Positions 41,437 to 50,195 of a stretch of 64,000 nt of DNA are shown one piece after another. A program made the translations under genes and the position numbers. The DNA comes from Nitrospirota bacterium (lineage in GTDB: Bacteria > Nitrospirota > Nitrospiria > 2-01-FULL-66-17). The stretch spans positions 157,704 through 221,703 of the forward strand of contig JBMOMC010000044.1 in NCBI GenBank assembly GCA_049325335.1, given 5' to 3'. A model generated the notes under the pieces. It saw nothing but the letters and a program-made list of their open reading frames with translations. It did not search any database and was not told the origin of the DNA. Numbering within the stretch: the stretch's first letter is position 1; every line of letters begins with the position of its first letter.

Positions 41437-43746
41437 ATGATTCCCATGCTCCCCGCGTTGACACTGTCCACCGTCCTCATGGCGACGACGCTCACGCTCG
41501 GGTGTGGAAAAAACCCCGCCGCGCAAAAAACCGACTACCTCGCCAAGGCCGAACAGTACATGGCCAAACAACAGTATCCCGAAGCGGCAATTGAGTTTCG
41601 CAACGCGCTCAAAAGCGATCCGAATGACGCCCGCACGCACTTTCGTTTGGGCGTCGCGTACCTCAATCAACATCAGGCGGCTTCCGCCCAACACGCGTTC
41701 GCGGCGCTCAGCAAAGCCGTCGCGCTTGACCCCACGATCCTCGAGGCCCAACTCAAACTCGGAGAACTCCTCTTATTGGGACGGCAGTTCGACAAGGCCA
41801 AGGCCGCCGCCCACATCATTTTGGGCAAGGAACCGGAACACGTGGACGCACTCATCTTATTGGCCCATGCCGAAATAGGATCGGGCCACGTTGAGGCGGC
41901 TCGAAAAGCCGTGGCCCAGGCCAAAGCCGCGCATCCCGAGAACGTCAGACCGTGGCTCGCCGAAGCCGCCGTCCACGCGCGTACGCAGAACTACCCGGCG
42001 GCCGAAGCCGCGCTGAAAGAAGCCGCGCGACTCGCGCCCCACGACCCGGAGCCGCTCGTCGCGCTGGCCGCCGTGTATGGCGCGCAACAACAACCCGCGG
42101 AGGCGGAGGCCCAGTACCGGGCGGCGATTACCAAGAAGCCCGACAGCCTCGCGTTGCACCTGCTGCTGGCGCAATTTTACGCGGCCGCCGGCGACGCGGC
42201 GAAAGCCGACGCCGCGTTTCAGCGCGCCGTCGCCGCGTTCCCGGCCCAACCCGGAGCGCGTATGGCCTACGCGGAATACCTCACGACGACGGGACACGTC
42301 GACGGCGCGCTGGAGCAATACCGGACCGTGGCGACCGATCACCCACGCGAAATCCTCGCCCGCAAACGCCTCGCCGCCATGTTGCTGGAACGCCGACGTG
42401 CCGACGAGGCGCGCCCGCTCCTTGTGGCCCTCCAGACCGACCTGGGGGCCGATCCCGACGTGCTCGTGCTCAAATCGCGCCTGCAGATCCTCGACCGCGA
42501 TATGGACGGCGCGGTCGCGACGCTGCAAGAGACCCTGAAGGCAGACCCCGATCACGCCGAAGCCCATCAGACGTTGGGAAGCCTGTACGCGATTCGAGGC
42601 GACATCCAACAGGCCAAGGGCGAGTTGGCCGCGGCGATCAAGTCCCGACCCACCGCCTGGGACGCGCGGCTGGCCTTGGGTGATCTCCACCTGCGTTCCA
42701 AGGCCCCGGAGTTGGCGCTTGAAGAAGCGCAGACGGTGCTTGCCGCGGCGCCGAAGCATCCCATGGCGCTCCGATTGGCCGGCGACGCCCTGCTCGCCGC
42801 CGGGAAGACCCGCGAGGCCATCCAGCACTATGACGCGTTGATCGTCGCCGCCCCGAATAGTTACATCGGCTACCATCGGAGAGGGGTCGCTGCCCGCACG
42901 TTGGGCAAACCCACGGAGGCTGAAGCGCAGTTCCGTCACGCGCTCGACCGGGCGCCCGGCGCGTTCGATGTCATCGAACAGTTGGCGGGCGTGCTCCTCC
43001 AACGCAAAGACCGCGCCGGCGCCGCGCACCTAGTCACGGGCCAACTGGACAAGGCTCGGCGCAAAGCGCCGCTGCGCCACCTGCTCGGCGCCATCTACCT
43101 CTCAATGAACGACACCGCCAAAGCCGAAGCCGAGTTCCGCCGCGCCATCGAGGAGGAAACCGGGTTTCTCCCCGCGTACGAAGCGCTCGGCGGGCTCTAC
43201 GCCCGCACCCGCGAACCGGACAAGGTGGTGGCGCAATACCGCGCCATGGTGCAAGCGGCGCCGAACAATCCGGCGCCCCGTCTCCTCCTCGGGATGGCCT
43301 ACGAGTCCCAACAACGCGAAGAGGACGCGATCGCCGAATACGAAGCCGCGATGAAGTTGGATCCCCGATTTGCCCCGGCCGCCAACAATCTTGCCTGGTT
43401 GTACGCCGAACGCGGCAACAATATCGACGTGGCCCTGGGCCTCGCGCAAACCGCGATGGAGCAGTTGCCCGACCACCCCGGCGTGGCCGACACCTTGGGG
43501 TGGATCTATTATAAGAAGGGCGCCTACCTGAAGGCCGTCACCCTGCTTCGCGAAAGCGCGGAGAAGCTCCCGAACAACGCCACCGTTCGGTACCACCTCG
43601 GCATGGCGTATTTCCACAGCAGTGATCACCCGTCCGCCAAGCGGGAGTTGACCGAAAGCCTGCGCTTGAATGCCTCCGCCCCGTGGGCGGGTGACGCCAA
43701 ACACACGCTCGCCGACATCGCGGCCGCAACGCGCAGCGCCCGCTGA
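41437..43746 (+). CDS. TPR-repeat lipoprotein, PrsT-like
   Basis: Lipobox TLGC, many TPR units, AANNLAWLYAE...DTLGWIYY...VRYHLGMAY C-terminus. Confidence 0.82.
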   Translation: MIPMLPALTLSTVLMATTLTLGCGKNPAAQKTDYLAKAEQYMAKQQYPEAAIEFRNALKSDPNDARTHFRLGVAYLNQHQAASAQHAFAALSKAVALDPTILEAQLKLGELLLLGRQFDKAKAAAHIILGKEPEHVDALILLAHAEIGSGHVEAARKAVAQAKAAHPENVRPWLAEAAVHARTQNYPAAEAALKEAARLAPHDPEPLVALAAVYGAQQQPAEAEAQYRAAITKKPDSLALHLLLAQFYAAAGDAAKADAAFQRAVAAFPAQPGARMAYAEYLTTTGHVDGALEQYRTVATDHPREILARKRLAAMLLERRRADEARPLLVALQTDLGADPDVLVLKSRLQILDRDMDGAVATLQETLKADPDHAEAHQTLGSLYAIRGDIQQAKGELAAAIKSRPTAWDARLALGDLHLRSKAPELALEEAQTVLAAAPKHPMALRLAGDALLAAGKTREAIQHYDALIVAAPNSYIGYHRRGVAARTLGKPTEAEAQFRHALDRAPGAFDVIEQLAGVLLQRKDRAGAAHLVTGQLDKARRKAPLRHLLGAIYLSMNDTAKAEAEFRRAIEEETGFLPAYEALGGLYARTREPDKVVAQYRAMVQAAPNNPAPRLLLGMAYESQQREEDAIAEYEAAMKLDPRFAPAANNLAWLYAERGNNIDVALGLAQTAMEQLPDHPGVADTLGWIYYKKGAYLKAVTLLRESAEKLPNNATVRYHLGMAYFHSSDHPSAKRELTESLRLNASAPWAGDAKHTLADIAAATRSAR

Positions 43747-43807
43747 CCCGTCGCGCAGTCTTGCCGAACTCCGCACGGCTGCTACACTCCTGGGTCGAGC
43801 GCCGCAC

Positions 43808-44896
43808 ATGGACCGAGCACCGATTCTCGACGGGATTTTCGCCCAACTACGATCCGGCATCGTCGCCGTCGACCGCCAAAAACGGATCATCGTCATGAAC
43901 CCGGCGGCCGGAGAAATCCTCCATGTCGATCCGGCGGCCGCGGAGGGGCGGACGTTTGATCACGCGTTGAACGGACACCCGAAGCTCGTCGAGTTCCTCA
44001 CCGACGCGTTGCAGGTCGGCACGGTGCTGGACCGCACCGAGGTCAGCATCGGCGGCGGAACGCGGCGTCACACGCTGGGCGTCACCTCCACGCCGCTCCA
44101 CGCCGCGACGGGCCACGACGGGGGGCTGGTGGTCATCTTCAAGGACCTGACCCAGGTCGAACGCCGGGACGAGCAAGCCGAGCTGAAGGAACGGCTGATC
44201 GCGCTCGGCCAGATGGCCGCGGGTCTGGCTCACGAAATGCGTAACCCGCTCGCCGGGATCAAAGTGGCGGTGGGCTTGTTGCGAAAAACGCTCGCGGCCG
44301 ACCCCGACGCGGACCAGAAACTGCGATCCATCATGGGGGACGTCAACCGCCTGAACCAAAGCGTGACCGACTGCCTGGCGTTCGCCAAACCGATCCGCTT
44401 GGAACCCCAGTACGTCCATATCAACGACGTCTTGGAAAAGGTGTTGAGCCAGACCATTTCGCTGGAGCACACGTACCCGTTTCAGGTGGTCCGGCAATTC
44501 GGCCGCGAGTTACCCAAGACGTGGGTCGATCCCCAACAACTCGAAATCGTCTTTTTCAACTTGATCAACAACGCGATCGACGCGGTTCGGCAACGCTACG
44601 GCACGATTACGATCGAGACCTCGGTGCACCGCAACCACGCCACAGGGCAGGACGACTTGATCGCCGCGATCGCGGACAACGGCGAGGGCATCCCGCGCGA
44701 TCGCCTGCCCAAAGTGTTCATGCCGTTTTTTACCACCAAGGGCAAGGGATCCGGCCTCGGCCTCGCCAACGCAAAAAAAATCGTGGAGCATCTTCGCGGG
44801 TCGATTGAGTTGACCAGCGAACCGGACCAGGGCACGCGGTTTGCGGTCCACCTCCCGGTCATCAGCACCCCGGCGCACGGAGTGCACGCGGCGTGA
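43808..44896 (+). CDS. Cytoplasmic PAS histidine kinase (NtrB-like)
   Basis: PAS-like MNPAAGEIL, AHEMRNPL, NLINNAIDA, DNGEGI, FFTTK.KGSGLGL; no TM segment. Confidence 0.9.
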   Translation: MDRAPILDGIFAQLRSGIVAVDRQKRIIVMNPAAGEILHVDPAAAEGRTFDHALNGHPKLVEFLTDALQVGTVLDRTEVSIGGGTRRHTLGVTSTPLHAATGHDGGLVVIFKDLTQVERRDEQAELKERLIALGQMAAGLAHEMRNPLAGIKVAVGLLRKTLAADPDADQKLRSIMGDVNRLNQSVTDCLAFAKPIRLEPQYVHINDVLEKVLSQTISLEHTYPFQVVRQFGRELPKTWVDPQQLEIVFFNLINNAIDAVRQRYGTITIETSVHRNHATGQDDLIAAIADNGEGIPRDRLPKVFMPFFTTKGKGSGLGLANAKKIVEHLRGSIELTSEPDQGTRFAVHLPVISTPAHGVHAA

Positions 44897-46329
44897 GAAA
44901 ACTGTTGATCGTCGAAGACCACGATTCGTTGCGCCACGGCATTGCCGAGGCCTTTCAGCGTTCCGGGCACCGCGTGACCGAAGCGCCGGACGCTGAAACC
45001 GCCATCCGGCTCATCGGAGAAGAGTTCTTCGGCGTAGTGATCACGGACATGTCGCTCCCCGGGAAAAACGGGTTGGACGTCCTCAAGACCGCGAAAGCCA
45101 TCAACCCGTTGACCACCGTGATTGTGATGACCGCTCATGGAACCGTGGACAACGCGGTCGAGGCCATGCGGCTGTGCTGCGACGACTACATCCAAAAACC
45201 GTTTCAGTTGGAAGAACTCGAACTCAAAGTTTCCAAACTCTTCGAACACCAAGCGGTGCGCCAGGAACTCGATGATCTTCGCGGTCGGGTCGGATCCGAC
45301 CATCAACTGGTAGGCACGAGCGCGGCGCTCAAACACCTCCTCGCCATCATCGAGAAGGTCGCCCGCGGCAATTCGACCGTGCTGATTGAAGGCGAAACCG
45401 GCACGGGGAAGGAACTGATCGCGAACGCCATCCACGCGGCCGGCCCGCGCAACGGCCGGAGTTTGGTCAAGGTCAATTGCGCCGCGTTGCCGGAACCGCT
45501 CCTGGAAAGCGAGCTCTTCGGGCACGAACGCGGGGCGTTCACGGGCGCGGAACGACAACGCATCGGCCGTTTTGAACTCGCTAACGGCGGGACCCTGTTC
45601 CTGGATGAAATCGGGGATATGAGTCTGCCCACGCAAGCCAAATTGTTGCGGGTGATGCAGGAGCAGGCGTTTGAACGCGTGGGCGGCGAAAAAACCATCA
45701 CCGTGGACGTGCGCATCATCGCCGCCACCAACAAACATCTGGAAACCGAGGCGCGGGCGCGCCGGTTTCGGGAAGACCTGTTCTACCGGCTCAATGTCGT
45801 CACGCTAACGGTTCCCCCGCTGCGCGACCGGGCGGAGGATATCCCCCTGTTGGCCCGGCATTTCCTGGAACGGTACGCGTGCGAACTGGGCAAACCCGCG
45901 GCCGCGATCGAACCGGCCGCGTATCAGGAGTTGGAGCGGTATCCGTGGCCGGGCAACATCCGCGAATTGGAGAACACCATCGAACGGGCCGTGCTCATGG
46001 CCGAAGGCGACACCCTGCGCGTGCGCGATCTGGGGTTAGGCTCACCGGAGCGCCGTGCGGTGGACGAGCGCTCGGTCACCGAGAAGGTCCCGATCCCGGC
46101 GGCGCATGCGCTCGGCAGTATCGCCGGAACATCCGCCCGATCACAACGCCTCGATGACGTGGAAAAACACGCGATTCTCGACGCGCTTGCCCGCAGCAAT
46201 TGGGTCCAAAAAGACGCGGCCTTGATCCTGGGCGTCAGTCCTCGGGTGCTGAACTACAAAATCAAGAGCCACGGCATCACCCACCCCTCCTGGCTGAAAC
46301 ATCGCCCGCGCGACGGAGACGCCGCGTAA
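44893..46329 (+). CDS. Sigma-54-dependent response regulator (NtrC family)
   Basis: Receiver domain, GETGTGKE, ESELFGHERGAFTGA, WPGNIRELEN, Fis HTH. Confidence 0.95.
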   Translation: MRKLLIVEDHDSLRHGIAEAFQRSGHRVTEAPDAETAIRLIGEEFFGVVITDMSLPGKNGLDVLKTAKAINPLTTVIVMTAHGTVDNAVEAMRLCCDDYIQKPFQLEELELKVSKLFEHQAVRQELDDLRGRVGSDHQLVGTSAALKHLLAIIEKVARGNSTVLIEGETGTGKELIANAIHAAGPRNGRSLVKVNCAALPEPLLESELFGHERGAFTGAERQRIGRFELANGGTLFLDEIGDMSLPTQAKLLRVMQEQAFERVGGEKTITVDVRIIAATNKHLETEARARRFREDLFYRLNVVTLTVPPLRDRAEDIPLLARHFLERYACELGKPAAAIEPAAYQELERYPWPGNIRELENTIERAVLMAEGDTLRVRDLGLGSPERRAVDERSVTEKVPIPAAHALGSIAGTSARSQRLDDVEKHAILDALARSNWVQKDAALILGVSPRVLNYKIKSHGITHPSWLKHRPRDGDAA

Positions 46330-46364
46330 CCGCGCGACGAGGTCCTGGCCGCACCACGCGCGCG

Positions 46365-47591
46365 TCAGGACCGGATGCGCCACGGCGGGGCCTGCGCGGA
46401 CACCGTGACCATGACGAGGTGTCGACGCCCGTCCAGCCCGCCCCCTCGCGAGCGCTGATCACTGTAGGAGTAGTCGATGCCCGCCGTCAGCGACCGGAAG
46501 AACGTATGGCTCACCCCCGCGCCCGCCTGATATGTCACGACCCGAGTCGTGGGATCGGACGGTTCGCCGGACACCGACACGTTTCCTGAAACGCCAGCCC
46601 GCAGCGACACCTCCGTGTTGGCCGTCACCGACCGCGCCGCGGTGGCGTTGAGGTTCCGGGTCACCGACACACTGCGCGTCACGCCTCCCCCGGCGCTGGT
46701 TTGTTGTCCGCCCGTGACCAAGACATGACCGTCCCGCCACATGCGTTGAAGTCTCAGGGCCAGGACCAGTTGCGTGCGATCCCCCCCAATAACCATCCCG
46801 CCCGCTTCGCCGGACCACGTCATGACGGGCCCGGCGGCGGTCTCCATGCCGATGGTCAGGCGTGTCGTCGTCCTCCGATCCCCATCCGCTGGAGGTGACA
46901 ACGCGGTCTGGGGGGGATCGACCCGCGTCGCGTTCCACCCAGGATTCAGGGTGAGCGTGGTCACGGGCGATACTCGCACCCGCAACGCGAGGGTCGCGTC
47001 GTGGACCACGGAATCAGACAGCTCGGCCGCGTCATACCGCGTTGAGGCAAACGTGTACGCCAGCGTGTTCGCCACGCGGGGCGTCCACGCATAGGCGGCC
47101 GTCATCCCCCCACGGCGTTCGGTCGTCTCCGTGCTGGGTAGCAGCACCGCACCGCCCGGCCTCGGTTGCCCGCCCAACGACGCGGTCGGCAGTTCGCGTG
47201 CTCGGCTAAACGAGCCGGTCAGCCGGAAGTCCATCCCCCTGACAACGCGTTTGAGCGCGCCCAGCGACGCGTCGAGTTCAGCGAGGTGCGACCACCGTGA
47301 CCCGGTGTTTTGCTCCCGATACCACTCCCCCGTGACCTGATACCGCACGGCGCCTTGGATCGCCGGCTCCTGGAAGAGCAGGTTCACTCGCGGCGCCACC
47401 GTGGTCCGCACTCCTTCAACTGGATCGGTCGGCGAAAGCGACACATTACTGTCGTATTGTTCCGACACCGACAATGAGGACGTGAGCGACAGCGGGGCCG
47501 CCCACACCGTCGGCGCGACCGACGCCGCAAGAACCACGCCGATCCATACACCAACCGCCGCTCGCCGCGTCCAACCGAAACCGTCCGTCAC
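46365..47591 (-). CDS. Outer-membrane beta-barrel protein of exopolysaccharide/PEP-CTERM-associated type
   Basis: Signal peptide, SLSVSEQYDSNV start motif, alternating beta strands, DYSYSDQRS near the C-terminus; start uncertain. Confidence 0.68.
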   Translation of the reverse strand: MTDGFGWTRRAAVGVWIGVVLAASVAPTVWAAPLSLTSSLSVSEQYDSNVSLSPTDPVEGVRTTVAPRVNLLFQEPAIQGAVRYQVTGEWYREQNTGSRWSHLAELDASLGALKRVVRGMDFRLTGSFSRARELPTASLGGQPRPGGAVLLPSTETTERRGGMTAAYAWTPRVANTLAYTFASTRYDAAELSDSVVHDATLALRVRVSPVTTLTLNPGWNATRVDPPQTALSPPADGDRRTTTRLTIGMETAAGPVMTWSGEAGGMVIGGDRTQLVLALRLQRMWRDGHVLVTGGQQTSAGGGVTRSVSVTRNLNATAARSVTANTEVSLRAGVSGNVSVSGEPSDPTTRVVTYQAGAGVSHTFFRSLTAGIDYSYSDQRSRGGGLDGRRHLVMVTVSAQAPPWRIRS

Positions 47592-47631
47592 GACCACCGG
47601 CAGCCCGTCCCGTACCCCGGATGCGTGGTGA

Positions 47632-48714
47632 TCAGCGTCGCGCAAGGAGTTCGTCAACCCGGCTAAGACCCAAGGCGAACAGGCCCGGGGAGAATCGCCC
47701 GTCCGGGCCGGTCGAAACGCCTTCGTGCACGCACAAACACCGGAACACGCGGCCTTTGCCGGCCGGCGGGGTTCTCGGACTGGACAGGAAGACCACGCGA
47801 TACCCGACATCCCACGCCAGAGTCAGCAGGGCGTCGGTATACGCGCCGTGGGGGAATACAAACGACAGGACCGGCACGCCCAACCGGCCTTCGATCACCC
47901 GTTTTGACTCTTCGAGTTCAAACCGAGCCTGCTCCGCTGTGAGGGTCGTCAACATGGGCAGTGCGCACGTCTTGGAACCAACCGTGATCCCACCGCAAGC
48001 CATCTCGCCGAGCTCCTCCCAATTGAGCATCAACCGTTCGTCGGACCGCGCCCCCTGATCCTCTCCAAGGTGTTGCGCCAAGAACGCCACCAGCCGATCA
48101 ATCGTCCCCATCTGAAGCGATGACATCAGCCCGATCAGGGGCTCGATCGCTCGAGCCGAGAGATCCCCCTCGATCCTCCCGAGCGTCAGGAGCTCGGATC
48201 GCACGGCGTCGGGAAGGCTCATGTCCCGAAGCAGGTCGGCCGTCACGCGGCTCCGACGCCCTCGGCGCAGGAGTCGAATGAGCCGCGAGTACCAGAAGGG
48301 TTTCTCCGTGCCGACGTAGTCCGTGGCCACCAAGACCACGGCCGGGATGCTCCTAGCCCGAAGAATGGGGAACGCGAGCGTGTAGTTATCGCGCCACCCG
48401 TCGTCAAACGTGATCAGGCACGCGCGCGGAGGCAATGGCCGTTGCGCGTCGCAAAGCGCCTGCAACTCCGGGAGCCCGAGGATCCGATACCGTGCGCTCA
48501 AGAACTCGATTTGCCGGGCGAACGTCTCCTCGGTGACGAACATCCCCAACGGGGCCGAATCTTCGTCGGCGTGAATATCCTTCGTCACCCGATGGTACCC
48601 GACCACGGTGAGGGCTCGATCCGGATTGGTCCGTCGATGCCATTGTTGCACCAGATTGAGTGCGCCCGAGTGATACCCCACCGCGGCCGCCATCGATTTC
48701 ACCACGCGTTTCAT
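47632..48714 (-). CDS. Polysaccharide deacetylase (NodB/CE4) family protein with degenerate metal motif
   Basis: GYHRV, ITFDDGWRDNY, MLNWEEL, FVFPHG; GSKTCAL in place of GSHTxxH. Confidence 0.85.
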   Translation of the reverse strand: MKRVVKSMAAAVGYHSGALNLVQQWHRRTNPDRALTVVGYHRVTKDIHADEDSAPLGMFVTEETFARQIEFLSARYRILGLPELQALCDAQRPLPPRACLITFDDGWRDNYTLAFPILRARSIPAVVLVATDYVGTEKPFWYSRLIRLLRRGRRSRVTADLLRDMSLPDAVRSELLTLGRIEGDLSARAIEPLIGLMSSLQMGTIDRLVAFLAQHLGEDQGARSDERLMLNWEELGEMACGGITVGSKTCALPMLTTLTAEQARFELEESKRVIEGRLGVPVLSFVFPHGAYTDALLTLAWDVGYRVVFLSSPRTPPAGKGRVFRCLCVHEGVSTGPDGRFSPGLFALGLSRVDELLARR

Positions 48715-48998
48715 TCGATCTCCTTCTATCACGTCGCGACACGCGAAGCCGCCGGTCGCCGGAGCCCCCGGGCATCCCAGAATATTCGACCGACCGGGGC
48801 GTGAGCTCGCTCACGCGGGCCGAGGCACTCCCGCGAGGAGACCATAGAAGCGACTCGGTCGTCAAGTCGAATCCCGGCGCCTGTAGAGCCCACTCCAGGC
48901 TCCGCCGATAACCGGCCGCCGAATCCCGACGGCGCGTTGCGGCCGCGGAACCCGACCTGGTACGATGGAGGTGTCCCGTCACGGTCCGCCGGAACACG

Positions 48999-50180
48999 AT
49001 GATCAAGGTCGGCGTTGGCGCGTCAATCGAAAAATCCACCCTGCATGCGGCCGGCTCCGCAGCGCGTCAGGCCATGAGTCGGGCCGGGATCGCGCAGGCC
49101 ACCTTCACGCTCGTGTTCGCCACCATTCCCCACGCCACGCTGTATGCCCGGATGCTGGAGCGAATCGCCGAGATCACCCGCACGCGCCACGTGGTGGGGT
49201 GCAGCGCCATGGGCATCATCACCTCCGAGGGAGAAGTCGAGGACGATCCCGCGATCGCGGTGTTGGCGTTAGCTTCGGACACCATCGTCGCGACCCCCTT
49301 TCTGGTGCGATCCCTCCGCCATCAAGGCGCGGGCGCGGCCAAACGCATGGCCGCCATGCTCGGCGCCGCGCGATCGCCGCGCGACGTCTTGATGTTGTTC
49401 CCCGACACGCTGTCGTTTCAAGCCGGCCCGTTTCTCGACAGCCTCGTCCGCGCCTGGCCCGGGGTCGCCGCGGTAGGTGGCGGCGCGTCGGAAAACGGCA
49501 CGCACATGCACACCTACCAGTGGTGCGGCGGCGAAGTCACGTCGGACGCGGTCTGCGGCGCGCTGTTCTCCGGTGGCGTGAGCCGGGCGATCGGCCAAAC
49601 CATGGCCTGCCACCCGGTGGGCGAGTCGCTCCTGGTGACCCGCGCGGAGGGCAATGTGATCTTTGAATTCGGCGGCCGCCCCGCGTTCGAGGTCTTCACC
49701 CGGCTGCTGCGCGAGTGGTCCATCCCGGACCTGCGCGCCGCGGCCGGCCTGGTGTTTCTCGGCTTTCCCTGCGACCCGACCCACACCAGCCTGTCCCCCG
49801 GGGAGTATTACGTCCGCAACATCCACGGCGTGGACCCGCATGAGGGATCGTTGCTGGCGGGGTCGCCCGTACGCGAGGGCCAAGCCGTGTGTTTTACGAT
49901 CCGCGACCCCGACCACGCCCGGCGCGAGACCGCGGCGATGGTGGCGGATCTCTCCACGGTCTGCGCGGGACGGCCCCCGGGGTTCGGGCTGTACGTCAAT
50001 TGTTGCGGCCGCGGCACCTCGCTCTACGGCCGTCCGAATGTGGATCGGGACATCATCCGCAACGAGTTCGGCGATTTGCCCCTCATCGGATTTTTCAGTT
50101 ACGCGGAAATCGGCCCGGCGGGAGACCACTCTTGCCTGCACAACTACGCGGGGGTCCTCACGTTGATCGGAGAGACCTGA
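48999..50180 (+). CDS. FIST-domain signal protein (FIST_N + FIST_C, NosP-like)
   Basis: VVGCSAMG, VGGGAS, ACHPVG, YYVRNI, CCGRG, GFFSYAEIGP, LHNY. Confidence 0.88.
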   Translation: MIKVGVGASIEKSTLHAAGSAARQAMSRAGIAQATFTLVFATIPHATLYARMLERIAEITRTRHVVGCSAMGIITSEGEVEDDPAIAVLALASDTIVATPFLVRSLRHQGAGAAKRMAAMLGAARSPRDVLMLFPDTLSFQAGPFLDSLVRAWPGVAAVGGGASENGTHMHTYQWCGGEVTSDAVCGALFSGGVSRAIGQTMACHPVGESLLVTRAEGNVIFEFGGRPAFEVFTRLLREWSIPDLRAAAGLVFLGFPCDPTHTSLSPGEYYVRNIHGVDPHEGSLLAGSPVREGQAVCFTIRDPDHARRETAAMVADLSTVCAGRPPGFGLYVNCCGRGTSLYGRPNVDRDIIRNEFGDLPLIGFFSYAEIGPAGDHSCLHNYAGVLTLIGET

Positions 50181-50195
50181 CCGCGAGACGATCGG

